From: Lama guanicoe
Lineage: Eukaryota
Assembly (NCBI GenBank): GCA_013239625.1
Contig: MU053136.1
Span: 142,017-206,016 of the forward strand
DNA length: 64,000 nt
Direction of reading: 5' to 3'
Shown: positions 10,250-23,864 of the stretch, one piece after another
Layout of the letters: the number at the start of each line of letters is the position of its first letter
Position numbering within the stretch: the stretch's first letter is position 1
Notes under the pieces: model-generated
What the model was told of the DNA's origin: nothing
The model's input: the letters and a program-made list of their open reading frames with translations, nothing else
Databases searched by the model: none
Position numbers and translations under genes: made by a program

Positions 10250-13200
10250 CCAGGAAAACTTGAAATTATTAAATATTCAATGATAAGAAATTACAGTTAA
10301 TTTTTAAGTGTGATGTGGTATTGTGGTTATATTTAAAAAGCACTCTAGTCTTTTAGGGATAATACAGAAATACTCTTGAATGAAATTATATGATGTCTGC
10401 AATTTGATTACAAATACTCTGGGAGTGGAGGTGGAAGTGCAGGGAGGTGGGCAAGGGGATGGAGGAACTGAGACTGGCCGTATTTGTTGAAACTAGATGT
10501 TACACAGGGGGTCACCGGACAATTAGCTCTGATTTTCTGTTTTTAATTTTCCATAACAATTTTAAAAAGACCATCTTTAAATAGATATAACCTAAATCTA
10601 GCAACTATACTTTCAAGATATAGTTACACATATACATATGCATAATGGAATAATCTTCCTTAGTAACAATAAGTTGGAGGGAAACTATTTTAATCAGTAC
10701 AATACTGGTGACAAAATAATAGAAGACTTATACAACAGAATATTATGCAAATGTGAAAACAAAGAATAAAGCTCTAGATGTACTGCCATTGAAAGGGCTC
10801 TAAGAATATTGTCAAGACACATAAAAACAAGGTGCTGAACGTGTGTTTAGTATACTGCATATTGTGTGTAAAAAAAATGGGGAGGAAGGAAAGAAGCACC
10901 TCTAGTCATAATTGCTTTTAAACACACGAAGAAAGGCTGGAAGGACACACAAAAAACCAAGTGGAGGGTTATTTGCACAGGACACGATGGGAACTGAGCA
11001 GGTGGGAGGTAAGCTTGGGAGGGAGAATCCTCACTGTACACCTTTTTATAACTTTCTGGGTTTTGAATCATGGGAATGTATTATCCACTTGAAAATTAGA
11101 CAAAGAAATTTAAAATAGCCTTAGGAAACTTGTGAAACATATCTAAAGTCATACCTGAAGAGAAATTTATATGAGATACATTATAAATGAGGAAAAGCTG
11201 AAAATGAGCTAAGCATTCATTTCAAGAAGTTGAAAAAAGAACAGCAAACTAAAGTCGAAAAAAGTAGAAGGAAGGAAAACAAAGATTATGTGGAAATTAA
11301 TCAAATGGAAAACAAATACAGTATAGACGCTCAACAGAGCCAAGAGCTGGTTCTTTGAAAAGTCTCATAAAACCGACCAACCTCTGGAGAGACTGAGTAA
11401 CAGAAGAGCAGGGCAAAAATAACCCATGAGGAATGAAAAGAGGAACCTAATTACAGATGCTACAGAGATTACAAAGATAATAGAAGGATATCGTGAACAA
11501 CTTTATACCAAATAAATCTGAAAAATCAGAGACTAGAAAAATTCCTAAAAAATAGAAACTTACTAAAACTGACCCAACTAGAAACAGAAAACTGAATATT
11601 CCTAAAACTACTTTTTAAAAAAATCCAAGTTTAAAATCTTCCCACAAAGAAAACCTGGACCAAGATGATTTTCCAGGTGAATTCTAGCAAACGTTTAAGG
11701 AATAAAAAATTGCAACCTTACACACATTTTAAAGCTCATTTTCTGAGGCCAGCATAACCTTGTCACTAAGGCTTGATAAGGTCAACACTAGAAAGAAAAC
11801 TACAGTCAGTATCTCTCAGGAGATACACGTAAGATCCTTTAGAACATCAGCAAACTGAGGCCAGCAAGATACAGGATTGTCACGGATAATGCCTATGACT
11901 GAACTGGGTTCGCCGCAGGAACGCAAAGTTGGTTTAACATTAAAAGATTCATAAATCGCTTAATTTCAAATCAAAGTTTGGCTTAATATTAGGACATCAA
12001 GTTCACTAGTGTAAACAGCTTCACACTAATAAATGCTTAAAAAGATGATTGTTAGGAATCCGTGAAATGAAAATTAAATGAGGTATCATGACACACTCAT
12101 TAAATTAGTCAACGTTTAAGAGTCTAGATAGTATCAAATACTGGCCAGGATATGGAACATTGGTAACTTATACACTGCAATAAGAATGTAAATGGGAACA
12201 AAAATTTTGGAAAATATTCTGCATTACCAAATAAAGTAGCACTTGGGCTCACCTTCATATCCACTACCCAGCAGTGTACCCCCAGGTGAAATTCTTCCTG
12301 AAGAAGTTCTTGTACATAATATTAGGAGGTACTTAAAATAATGTTGTTCATAATAGCTTTTGAAAGTGTAAGAACAGAAAAATGGAAACAATCCAAATTC
12401 CATGAAAGGTAATCTGGGTGAATAGGTGACAATGAACTACACACAGGAGGACTATATGGGCAGGTAAGTGAGCACACTGCGGCCACAGCAGCCCCAGACG
12501 GGTACGCATCTCATCAACATAGCGCTGAGCAAGGGAAACAGGTGCCGAGGGGAGGGTAGAGCTCAGTGGCAGAGTGTGTGCTTAGCATGCAAGAGGTCCT
12601 GGGTTCAATCCCCAGCATCTCCATTTAAACAAACCAACCAACCAACCTAATTACAACTCCTCCCTGAGCTCCCCCCAAAAAAGAAAAGAAACAAGTGTCA
12701 GAACACTTGTGTATATATACTCTGGGTGTTTTCATATAGTGTGATGCCATTTGTGTAAAGTTCAGAAGAAAAGTCTAAATTCACCGAGATGCACACATAG
12801 ATGGTAAAACTCTATAGAGAAAAGCAGAGCAATTACTCACAAAGTCAGGACAGCGGTTACCTCTGCGGTAAGGGGGGGAGAGGGGCGGGGTGTGCAGGGC
12901 ACGGAGGAGCTTTTAAGGTCCTTTAATACAACCCTTTCAACAACTGATTGGGCAACTGGACAAAAATTTGTAGAAAATTTGAAATATAATTAGAATCTTG
13001 AACTGAATTAGAGAAAACACATGCTTTCAAGCACATCCAGACCATTTTTTTAAAGTTTACCACAGGGAAAGTCTCAACAATTATCGAAGGAATCACTGGC
13101 ACAATGGCACAGAACTAGAGATCAATGGCAATCATATAAAAACACAGCAATAAAACACAGTTGTTTAGAAATATGATAAGCATAATTCTAAATAAGTTCT

Positions 13201-13520
13201 GAAGCAGAGTACAAACCATAATGAAAATGGAAACACTGCATATCAAAACTTGAGGGATGCAACCAACACAGCCCTCAGAGTGAAGAGGGCAGCTTTAAAC
13301 GCATGACTAGGAAAGGAGAAAGGGAGGAAGCAGCCCACCAAGAAGTTAGAAGAATAGTTGCAACTCCTATCACAAAGAGTATAATCTATTATATGAAAAG
13401 CTTTTATAAATTGAGAAGAAAATTATCAATAACCCATTAGGAAAATGAGCAAAGAATTGGGATGGTTGAAAGAAAAGAGTAAAGGAGGAAAGAGACCAAC
13501 AGCTCTTTTATGAGTTATAG
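10250..13520 (+). repeat. Duplicated block, copy A (mosaic of old L1 fragments); paralogous to ~39640-44985
   Basis: Same order of fragments and junctions as copy B; exact-match patches of 54, 29, 37 and 68 bp. Confidence 0.8.
12548..12690 (+). mobile_element. tRNA-derived SINE
   Basis: A-box AGCTCAGTGG, B-box GGTTCAATCCC; flanked by GAAACA(G/A)GTG repeats. Confidence 0.85.
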
Positions 13521-13597
13521 ATGTTCCTGTATGACTGAAGCGTCATGCTGTGCACCAGATATTGGCACAACATTGTCAACTGTCTATACTTCAATTA

Positions 13598-13635
13598 TCT
13601 CTCTATCTCTATCTATCTATCTATCTATCTATCAT
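13598..13635. repeat. (TCTA)n microsatellite at the tail of a short L1 3'-end fragment
   Basis: Read directly from the sequence. Confidence 0.85.
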
Positions 13636-13659
13636 CTCTTCATATAGAATAGCTTCAAT

Positions 13660-16600
13660 TCTATCTTAGCAAACTGTTTCAGAGAACAGAGAAAGAGGGA
13701 AGCTTCTCAAGACATTTTATGAAGCTAACATAACCTGATACCAAAACAAGATAAGAATAATACAAAAAAAATTATAGACCAATTCATACATAAAGTAACT
13801 GTAAATATAATTAACATACTAGGAGACTGAACATAGCAACGTATTAAGAATAGTTCATGACCATGGATTATCCCAGAAATGCGAGGGCAAAAAACCTTAG
13901 AAAATTAATTTAATTCACCATATCAAACAAATAGAGATGAAAAACCATATGCCCATCTCAATAGATATGGAAAAAGCATGTGTTAAAATTCCACATCTAT
14001 CCATGATGAAAATATTTAGCAAACTACGAACAGAATGGATCTTCATTCACCTGATAAAGGGTGTCTACAAAAAGCCTACAGGAAAACATCACGTTAATAG
14101 TGTAACTTCAGGAGCACTCTCTTTAAAGTCAGGAACAAGTCAAAGATGCCATCATCACCACTTCTATTGCACTGTAGGTATAAGAAAAATGAAATGTATG
14201 TGAATTAGAAAGGAAGAAGCCAGAATTGTCCCAATTTGCAGGTGACATGATTACTTATACAGAAAATCCGTAAGAATCTGCAAACTACTAGAAATGAGAG
14301 TTCAGCAAAGTTGCTGACTACAAGATCAATACATAAAATCAATAATGTGACCATATACCAGCAACAATTAACAGAAGATGTAATTTTAAAAAAATGCCAT
14401 TTACAATTGCATCAAAAACTATAAGGTATGCTTGAAACGTGCATATAAACAAAAGACACAAACAAAAGCTACAAGGTATCTAGGACTAATCTCATATGAG
14501 ATACATAAGAGCTACACAGAGAAAATTTAAATATTACTAAAGTGCAAGACAATAAAAAGTAAATATCATGTTCATAGTATATGAAGACTTAATATCATAA
14601 CATATCAATTCTTGCCAAATTAATCTAAAATTCAGTGTAATTCCAGTTAAAATTCCCAAAAGAGTTTTCCACAGAACTTGTCCAATAATAGCCCAGTTTT
14701 GAAGAACAAAGGAAAATGCATATTATCAGATACCAAGACTTAGTAATTGACAGACAAAAGAGAGGTCAAGAATAAAATGCACACATATATGGGAACTTGA
14801 TAAATGACTGTGGTGGTGCTACAAATCAGAGAGAAAAGTATAGACTACTCAATAAATGATGCTGGGACAACTGGTTATCCAGATGAAAAATAGGTCCCAA
14901 GCTTACACAATACATTAAATTAAAATTTTTATTGAATTAAAGTCTAAAATATGATAAGAAATCTAAAACTTTAAAAAATACAGGTGAATAGGAAAGTATT
15001 TAATGAGACAGATACAAGAAGTACAAACTATAAAGAAAAAGATGGAAAATTTTAATCATACTGGAATTTAAAAAAATTTTTTAATTAAAAGTACATCTAA
15101 GACACCAAACACAAAAGGAAAAGACAACTAGAGATAGAGAAAATGTAGGTAACTAAAGAATTAAATCTGGAATATATAAAGAATGTCTTCCTAACTCATT
15201 CTATGAGGTCAGAATTACACTGATACCAAAGCTAGACAAAGATATTAATGAGAAAAGAAAATTATAGACCAAAATCTCTTGTGAATACAAGATGCAAAAT
15301 TTCTCAACAAAATACTTGCAAAACAAATTCAGCAGCATAGTGAAAGCATTATACATCATGATTTATGTGGGATTTATTCCAGGAATGCAAAGATGGTTCA
15401 ACATATTAAAAAAATCAATCTGTATAATATAATACATCACATTAATAGAATGCAAAAAAAAAGCCACATGATCATCTCAATTCATGCAAAAAAGCATTTT
15501 ACAAAATTCAACATCCTTTCATGATAAAATTACTTGATAAACTAGGAATAGAAGAGACTGTCTCAACATGATAAAGGCCATTAGTGAAAATCCCACTGCT
15601 AATGTCATACTCAATGGTGAAAGAATGAAGCCTTTTCTCCTAATATGAGGAACAGAATAAGGATGCCTGCTTTATGTTACTTTTATTTAACATAGTACTG
15701 AAGTTCTAACCAGAGTAGGCAAGAAAAAGAAATAAAGGGCATCCAAATTGGAAAGGAAGAAGTAAAATTACCTGTTTCAGAGCTGACATGATTACACATA
15801 GAAAAAGGAACCCACATAAAAGAACTGTTAGAGCTAATAAATGAATTCAGCAAAGGTGCAGGATATAAAATCAACCTGCAAATATTAGTTGTATTTCTAC
15901 ACACTTGCAATGAACAATCCAAAAAGGAAATTTTTTAAAAATTTCATTTACAATAGCATCAAAAATAAAACACTTAGGATATATTTATCCAAGGAGGTGA
16001 AAAACGTGTACACTGAAAACTACAAAACATCACTAAAAGAAATTATAGAAGACACAAATAAATGGAAAGACATCCCATGTTCATGGACTGGAAAATGCAA
16101 CATTGTTAAGACAGCCATACTACATAAAGTGGCATACATTTTCAATGTAATCCCTATTAAAATCTCAACGGAATATTTTACAGATACAGAAAAACCCATC
16201 TTAAAATTCATGTGGAATCTCAAGGGCCCTCAAATAGTCAGAACAATCTTTAAAAAACAACAAAGTTAAAGGACCCATGCTTCCTAATTTCAAATCTTCA
16301 AAACTTACTAAAGCTAAAGTGATCAAAACAGTGGTACTGGCACAAGGATAGACAAACAGGCCAACACACTAGAGAGCTCAGTTGATTTGTTCGTTTGATT
16401 TTCAAGGGGCACCAACACCATTCAAAGGGGAAAAGACACTATTTTCAACAAATGGTGCAAGAAAAACTAGATATTTTATATGCAAAAGGATGAAACTGGA
16501 TCTTTATTTTACACCATACACAAAAATTAACTCAAAATGGATCAAAGACCTAAATCTAAGCTGAAACTATAATATACATATATGTTTCTTGAGAAGAAAA

Positions 16601-17730
16601 CATAGGTGAAAATCTTCATGACCGTGGAATAGGCAATGAGTTCTTAAATGTGATACCCAAAGCACAGACAATAAAACAAAAAATTGGACTTCATCAGAAT
16701 TAAAAACTTTTTGTGCATCAAAGAACACTATTAAGAGAAAAAGCAACCCACAGAATGGGAGAAAATATTTGCAAATCCTGTATCTGATAAGTGATTAACA
16801 TCCAGAATATGTAAAGAATTCCTACAACTCAACAACAACAAAACAAATAACCCAATTCAAAAATGGGCAAAGGTTTGAATAGACATTTCTCCAAAGATAA
16901 ACAAATGGCCAATAAACACATGAAAAGATGCTCATCATCATTAGTCATCAGGAAAATGCAAATCAAAGCCCCAATGGGATACCACTTCATATCCATTAGG
17001 ACGGTTATTATTTGGAAAAAAAAAAGAAAAAGGGAAAGTAACAAATGTTGGAGAGGGTGTGGAGAATTCAGAATCCTTGAGCATTGCTAGTGGGAATGTA
17101 TAGTGTAGTTGCTATGGGAAACAGTTTGGGAATTCCTAAAAAGGCTAAACATAGAAATTACCATAAGATATATTCTGCTCCTAAGTATACACCAAAGAAT
17201 TGAAAACAGGGATTCAAACTGACACTTATTCACCAATGTTCACTGCAGCATTATTCACAACAGCCAAAAAGGTGGGGACGCCAGAGTGTCCATCCATCAA
17301 GAGATGAATAGATTAACAAAATATGGTATGTACATGTAATGGAATAGTATTAAATATTCCATAACATGAATAAGCTATAAAATATGCCATAAAAAGGAAT
17401 AAAATTCTGATATATGCTTCAACATGGATTAACCTTGAAAACATTATGCCAGACACAAAAGGACAGGTGTTATATGATTCCACTTATATGAGGTACCTAG
17501 AACAGGCAGTTACAGAGACAGAAAGCAGAACAGAGGCGGGGGGCAGGGAAATGGGACTTACTCCTTAATGGGTACAGAGCTTCTGTTTGTGATAATGAAA
17601 AAGTTCTGGAAATAGACAGGGGTAATGATTATACAACTTTGTTAATGTACTTACTGTCACTGAATTGTACACTTAAAAATTATTAAAATGGTAAATTTTA
17701 TGTTACATCTATTTTACTATAACTTAAAAA
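13660..17730 (+). mobile_element. Two adjacent degraded LINE-1 ORF2/3' fragments (junction near 15185)
   Basis: ORF2-like peptides ([35 protein letters not shown]); the ORF2 region restarts at ~15188. Confidence 0.85.
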
Positions 17731-18799
17731 GTACTTTAAAAAATAAATGAAGAACGCCTTTATGTTAAATAGAAGAAACTGAAAAAACTGGCAACACATC
17801 AAATTCCCCAACAGAATATGCATTCCCCGTAACCCAGTGATTCTCCTTCTCGGTATTTCTCTGGAGAAGCCCGGGCCCATTCGCAACGAGACCTACATTG
17901 CAGCACCGTGTGTAAGGGCGTTAGAGTTGAAATCCAACTGTTTCTCAGTAGAGGAGTGGGTAAGCAAACAATGAAACCCATGTAGCTACTGAAATCATTG
18001 AACTAGATCTCTGTGTCATGCCACAGAACGGTAAAAACACCGATTAGTGAAAAAGCAGAAGTATACTGATGTATAATTTTAAAACACAAAATACACTTAT
18101 TGCCTATGATATATGTATCACTAATAAAAGTACAAAGCAAGCACAGAGATGTGGTGGCTTCTGGAGAGGAGGGGGAGGGGAGAAATGAGAGGGTGGGCTT
18201 CAACTGTATCATTAGCATTTTAGTCCTTTTATTAAAAAGAACAGATCTGAAGCAAATATGGCAAAATGTTAACATCTGTTTAACTTGGAGTGAATTTATG
18301 GGTCTCTATGACATTTTCTGTATGTTTGAAAAGTTTCATACTTAAACATTTTAAAAGGAAAAAAATCTTAGAGCTCTCTGAAATCTTACGTAAGAATCAA
18401 GATAGAGATCCAAATTTATTAACTTCAGATGGCTAACCAGTTGCTCCAAACCCCACAGACACTGCACTTTTACGTCTTCCCACCACCGCGGCGTCGGGAA
18501 CATGGACCTTCAGCAGGCCTGCCCTGGAGCGGAGGGCTCACTCAGCCACGCAGGCTACAAACTTGGGTGCCTCATCAGAATATAAAAACTAAAAATGAGA
18601 AGCAGCCAAACAGGAATCCCTTCAACCTTCTGCCACTAAAACCTCCAGACCCCCTAGTAAACAGGCCACCTTTTTGTTCTAGTTACAACCCACAGCCCCC
18701 TCCTCAGGATCACTGCTCTCCCAGGTTCTGCATCCCAGCCCCGCCCACGTTCTCTCCCCATTCCTTCTCCTGTACCTCAGTGTCGCCTTCTTCCTAAGA

Positions 18800-20330
18800 G
18801 TTCTACCAAGCATTTCAGGACGCTCCCATCTTCAAACATGAAAGGACCACCACAAAGGCCCACATTCCCAACCCGAGAGCCCACCTAGCTAGTGTTTGTC
18901 TTTTCTCTCCCCCTTCATATCCAGACTTCCTCAAACATTTCTACTTCTTCACCTCGTTCCTCAACACCTCGCCGTCACCACCCCACTGAAACTGCTCTTG
19001 AGAAAACTGCCAATGACCTCTGGCGCTGAGTCCAATGGCTGGTCAGGGGAGACTGAGAGCAGAGCACTGACCATTTTCATCTGATTCCCATCCCTACCAC
19101 CTGAATATTTGTTTCCATGTGCATGTTTTGCTTTTCTTAAAATAACTCCTGTGATCACTAACAAGCAGTTATTAACTCTCTCCTTTGAAGGCTGAGAGGC
19201 AGCCAGCACTGTGGACCAGTCCCTCCCTGAGACATGTCCTTCCTGGGTTCCAGCTCACCAGAGTCTCCTTCCTGGCCCCTTCTTCTTGGCAGAGTCCCCT
19301 TCCGCTCAGGCTTTATATGATGGCTTCCTCAAAGTTCTGTCCCACAGTTGTCACTATATACTGTTTCTTTGGGGGGAGTTCATCCGCACCATGGCTTCGA
19401 TTATAACCAATATGTGGATGGCTCCAGCACTCTGGCTTCCATTTAGGTGTCTCTCCTGAGCTCCAGACCCAGCGATCCCACAGCCTCCTCAGATAGCTCG
19501 ACTTGGATGCCTACAGCCACTAAAACCATCACATTCAAAACCAAAATCACCATCTGCCTTACCCAAACTTACTCCTCTTCCCACTGTACACATCTCAGTA
19601 ACAGAAACCACTATGTATCCAGTGGCTCAAGCCAGAAACCCAGGAATCTTACTCTATTGACTTTGCCCCTTAAATTTCTCCAATAATTCACGTCTTCGTC
19701 CTGGAGTCACCTTGTTTTCTCTCCTGGATTACTGCAACTACCTCCTAACTGGTCTCCCATCACTTGCTATGCTCCAGCCAAAGGGAGCCTTCAAAACCGA
19801 CACTGAATATGTCATCATCCTGCTTAAATACTTCATTGCCCCCCAACTTGTTCCTCAGATAGTCCAAACTCCCCAACACAGCTGCAGAGCTCTGTGGCCC
19901 ATGACCTGCCCCCTCACAGCCACCCAGCCTCACCTCCCACAGTTCTCCCCAGTCACTGGGAACAGCTATCCACCCCTCTTGCCTCCAGGCCTCTTGCACT
20001 CCCTGGACCTTCCGCCTGGAATGCCTCCTCCCCACGTCTCCACAGCGGCCAGACTAATGCCTCATCCTCCAACTGTCAGCTCAAAGGTCCCCTTTCTCCC
20101 TAGGCCTCCCCTTGGCCTGGACTCGGTTAGTTCCTTTCTTGTGTGCTCCTCTGTGACATGTGCCTCACCCGTCAGAGCATCTGTCCTGCTTGCTGTGGCT
20201 GTTTATGTAACGTCTGTCTCCTGAGAGCAGGACTAGGTCTCTCAGCCACCATTTCATCTCCAGTTTTTATTACACTGCTTGGCACAGGGCATAGGCTCAA
20301 CAGACATGAGGAAAACACTGTCCTGGCCTC
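18800..20330. mobile_element. LINE-2 remnants
   Basis: Pyrimidine-rich L2-like tracts (ctcctggattactgcaactacctcctaactggtctccc); boundaries approximate. Confidence 0.6.
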
Positions 20331-20427
20331 CAGTTCCTGGCCTACTGAAGGTACAAACAAGTAAAGGAATAAACACAACGAAGGAAGGGCTATAATAGAT
20401 TATAGACGTGTGTGGATGCTTGTGGGG

Positions 20428-20762
20428 TGCCATGGTCTGCATGTCTGTGTCTCCCTAAAATTTGTATGTTGAAATCCTAATGCCCTCTCTGATGGTGATG
20501 GTGTTAGGAGGTGGAGCCACTGGGAGATGCTTGGGTCAGGAGAATCGAACCCTCATGCAGGAGCTTAATGCTCTTATAAAGAGACCCCACGAGCTCCTTT
20601 GTGAGGATACAAGAAGTCTGCGACCTGGAAGAGGGCCCTCACCCAGCCACACTGGTGCCCTGATTGCCTACTCCTAGCTTCCAGAACTCAGAGACCAATT
20701 TGTGTTTTTAATAAGCTGTCCAGCCTGGGGTATTGTGTTATAGAGCCCCAAACAGACTAAAA
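20428..20762. mobile_element. MaLR LTR (MLT1A/MST-like)
   Basis: Starts ...tgtctgtgtctccctaaaatttgtatgttgaaatcctaa and ends ...tgttatagagccccaaacagactaa. Confidence 0.7.
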
Positions 20763-21049
20763 GATGGATATATGTGGATGAGGACGTATGTATACGAAGT
20801 GCCGAAGGAACCCAACAACCTTTCTGGCCTAGCCAAGGAAGGTCATACAAAATAAGAGACATCTAAACTGGCTTATTGTTCATTCCATTCATTCAGTGCA
20901 TAATTTCTGGGCACCTACTTGGTGCCAGGCACTGTCCGAGGCACTGAGTATACAGCAGAAAATAAGACAGACATTGTCCCTGATGTCCTTGTGCTTATTC
21001 TAGTGGGGAGAGAGAGAGACTAAACTCGAAAAATAAAATAAATTTTGGG

Positions 21050-21172
21050 GGTGGGGGGGCGGTAAAGGTATAGTTCAGTGGTTCAATCCCCAGTACCTCC
21101 ATTAAAATAAGCAAACAAATAAATAAACAAACCAATAAACCTAATTACCACCACCCCATCAAAAAAAAAAAA
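21050..21172 (+). mobile_element. tRNA-derived SINE with internal deletion between A- and B-box
   Basis: ggtatagttcagtggttcaatccccagtacctcc joins the two boxes directly; typical aaacctaattacc tail. Confidence 0.75.
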
Positions 21173-21679
21173 GACACTTTCATTCAAAGACCTCTGGCTT
21201 TAGGCAGAAGGAACAATGAGACTCACTGGTTCAAAGAACAGAAAGAAGGGTAGTGGGACAGAAACACAGTAAGGATTCATATCTCTAACCCAGACCTTGT
21301 ACTGGAACTCCAGAATTACAGAGCCAGCTACCAACTGGACATCACCACTGGGATGTCGAACAGGTATCCTGGCCTTCAGCTGTCCAACACCAGCCTAGTT
21401 TCCTCCTCCAAACCCATTCCTTCCCACTTTTGTAAATGACAATTCCACTCCTCCACTTGCTCAAACTAAAAACCCTGGAGTCACACCCAACTCCACTTCA
21501 CAAGCAATCCATCAACAAATCTCACCGGCTGTCCCTTCAAACACATCCTGAACCCAACAACTTCCCCCGCCTCACTGCTGCCACCTCGGTTTGTGCTGAA
21601 GTATTTGGATCTTATCCTCTGTGCAAAGCACAATATTGAAGGTTTTCTAGAACCCGATAGAGAATTGGCATGTGCTCAA

Positions 21680-21893
21680 AGTGCTGTGTTGGAGCCGGCT
21701 GAGGCCAGTTCACAAGAGCCAAGTGGTAAATTTTCAAGAATGTTGCAAGGTGATTGCCATCACGGTGATAGCATGCATTTGGCCACGGTGGGGGTATTTA
21801 CACCACGGATATGGGCAAACATTACATCTGGGCTCCTCTCTCCACCACCCCATCCGAGCCTGGCAATCTGGCTGTTTCACATTTACCAGCACT
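21680..21893. mobile_element. hAT (MER63/Blackjack-like) DNA transposon remnant
   Basis: Ends gtgctgtgttggagccggct ... acatttaccagcactg resemble MER63. Confidence 0.5.
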
Positions 21894-21934
21894 GAACTAA
21901 ATGTGCAAATCTGTGTTACAGAAAGATAATTCTT

Positions 21935-23864
21935 ACAGCAGTCAGGCAAGAGAGAGAAATAAAAGGGATCCAAATTGGAAAAGAAGAGGTAAAAGTGTCA
22001 CTATATGCCAACGACATGTTACTATATATAGAAAACCCTAAAAGGTCCACACAAAAACTACTAGAGCTGATCAAAGAATTCAGCAAGGTAGCAGGTTACA
22101 AGATTAACGTTCAAAAATCAGTTGCATTTCTTTACACTACCAACAAATCAACAGAAGAAGAAAGTAAAGAAACAATCCCCTTTAAAATAGCACCCAGAGT
22201 AATAAAATACCTAGGAATAAATCTAACCAAGGAGGTGAGAGAATTATACACAGAAAACTATAAACCACTGATGAAGGAAATTAAAGAAGACTTTAAAAAA
22301 TGGAAAGATAGCCCATGCTCTTGGATTGGAAGAATNNNNNNNNNNNNNNNNNNNNNNNNNNNNNNNNNNNNNNNNNNNNNNNNNNNNNNNNNNNNNNNNN
22401 NNNNNNNNNNNNNNNNNNNNNNNNNNNNNNNNNNNNNNNNNNNNNNNNNNNNNNNNNNNNNNNNNNNNNNNNNNNNNNNNNNNNNNNNNNNNNNNNNNNN
22501 NNNNNNNNNNNNNNNNNNNNNNNNNNNNNNNNNNNNNNNNNNNNNNNNNNNNNNNNNNNNNNNNNNNNNNNNNNNNNNNNNNNNNNNNNNNNNNNNNNNN
22601 NNNNNNNNNNNNNNNNNNNNNNNNNNNNNNNNNNNNNNNNNNNNNNNNNNNNNNNNNNNNNNNNNNNNNNNNNNNNNNNNNNNNNNNNNNNNNNNNNNNN
22701 NNNNNNNNNNNNNNNNNNNNNNNNNNNNNNNNNNNNNNNNNNNNNNNNNNNNNNNNNNNNNNNNNNNNNNNNNNNNNNNNNNNNNNNNNNNNNNNNNNNN
22801 NNNNNNNNNNNNNNNNNNNNNNNNNNNNNNNNNNNNNNNNNNNNNNNNNNNNNNNNNNNNNNNNNNNNNNNNNNNNNNNNNNNNCAGCTCATACGACTTA
22901 ATAAGAAACAACCAAACAACCCAATCCAAAAATGGGCAAAAGACCTAAACAAGCAATTCTCCAAGGAAGACATACAAATGATCAATAGGCACATGAAAAA
23001 ATGCTCAGTATCACTAATTATCAGAGAAATGCAGATCAAAACTACAATGAGGTATCACCTCATACCAGCCAGAATGGCCATCATTCAAAAATCCACAAAC
23101 GACAAATGCTGGAGAGGCTGTGGAGAAAGGGGAACCCTCCTACACTGCTGGTGGGAATGTGGTTTGGTGCAGCCACTGTGGAAAACAGTATGGAGATTCC
23201 TCAAAAGACTAGGAATAGACTTACCGTATGACCCAGGAATCCCGCTCCTGGGCATATATCCAGAGGGAACCCTACTTCAGGATGACACCTGCACCCCAAT
23301 GTTCATAGCAGCACTATTTACAATAGCCAAGACATGGAAACAGCCTAAATGTTCATCAATGGATGACTGGATAAAGAGGATGTGGTATATTTATACAATG
23401 GAATACTACTCAGCCATAAAAACTGACAATATAACACCATTTGCAGCAACATGGATGTTCCTGGAGAATGTCATTCTAAGTGAAGTAAGCCAGAAAGAGA
23501 AAGAAAAATACCATATGAGATCGCTCATATGTGGAATCTAAACAAAAACAAAAACAAAAACAAAAACAAAAACAAAAACAAAGAAAGCATAAATACAGAA
23601 ACAGACTCATAGACATAGAATACAAACTTGTGGCTGCCAAGGGGGCGGAGGGTGGGAAGGGATAGACGGGATTTTAAAATTGCAGAATAGATAAACAAGA
23701 TTATACTATATAGCACAGGGAAATATACACAAGATCTTATGGTAACTCACAGAGAAAAAAATGTGACAATGAACATATATATATGTTCATGTATAACTGA
23801 AAAATTGTGCTCTACACTGGAATTTGACACAACATTGTAAAATGATTATAAATCAGTAAAAAAA
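21935..23864 (+). mobile_element. Young 5'-truncated LINE-1 with perfect 15-bp TSD; spans the assembly gap
   Basis: TSD AGAAAGATAATTCTT at 21920-21934 and 23865-23879; ORF2 frames open on each side of the gap up to the stop at 23541; 3'UTR and A tail present. Confidence 0.93.
22336..22884. other. Assembly gap (549 N)
   Basis: Run of N. Confidence 0.99.

Noticed and set aside
19712..20224. 170-aa plus-strand ORF
   Set aside because: Lies in pyrimidine-rich LINE-2 remnants; low-complexity Pro/Leu translation.
21995..23541. Long ORFs of 191-408 aa
   Set aside because: Lengths are inflated by the N gap; the real parts are L1 ORF2 fragments.
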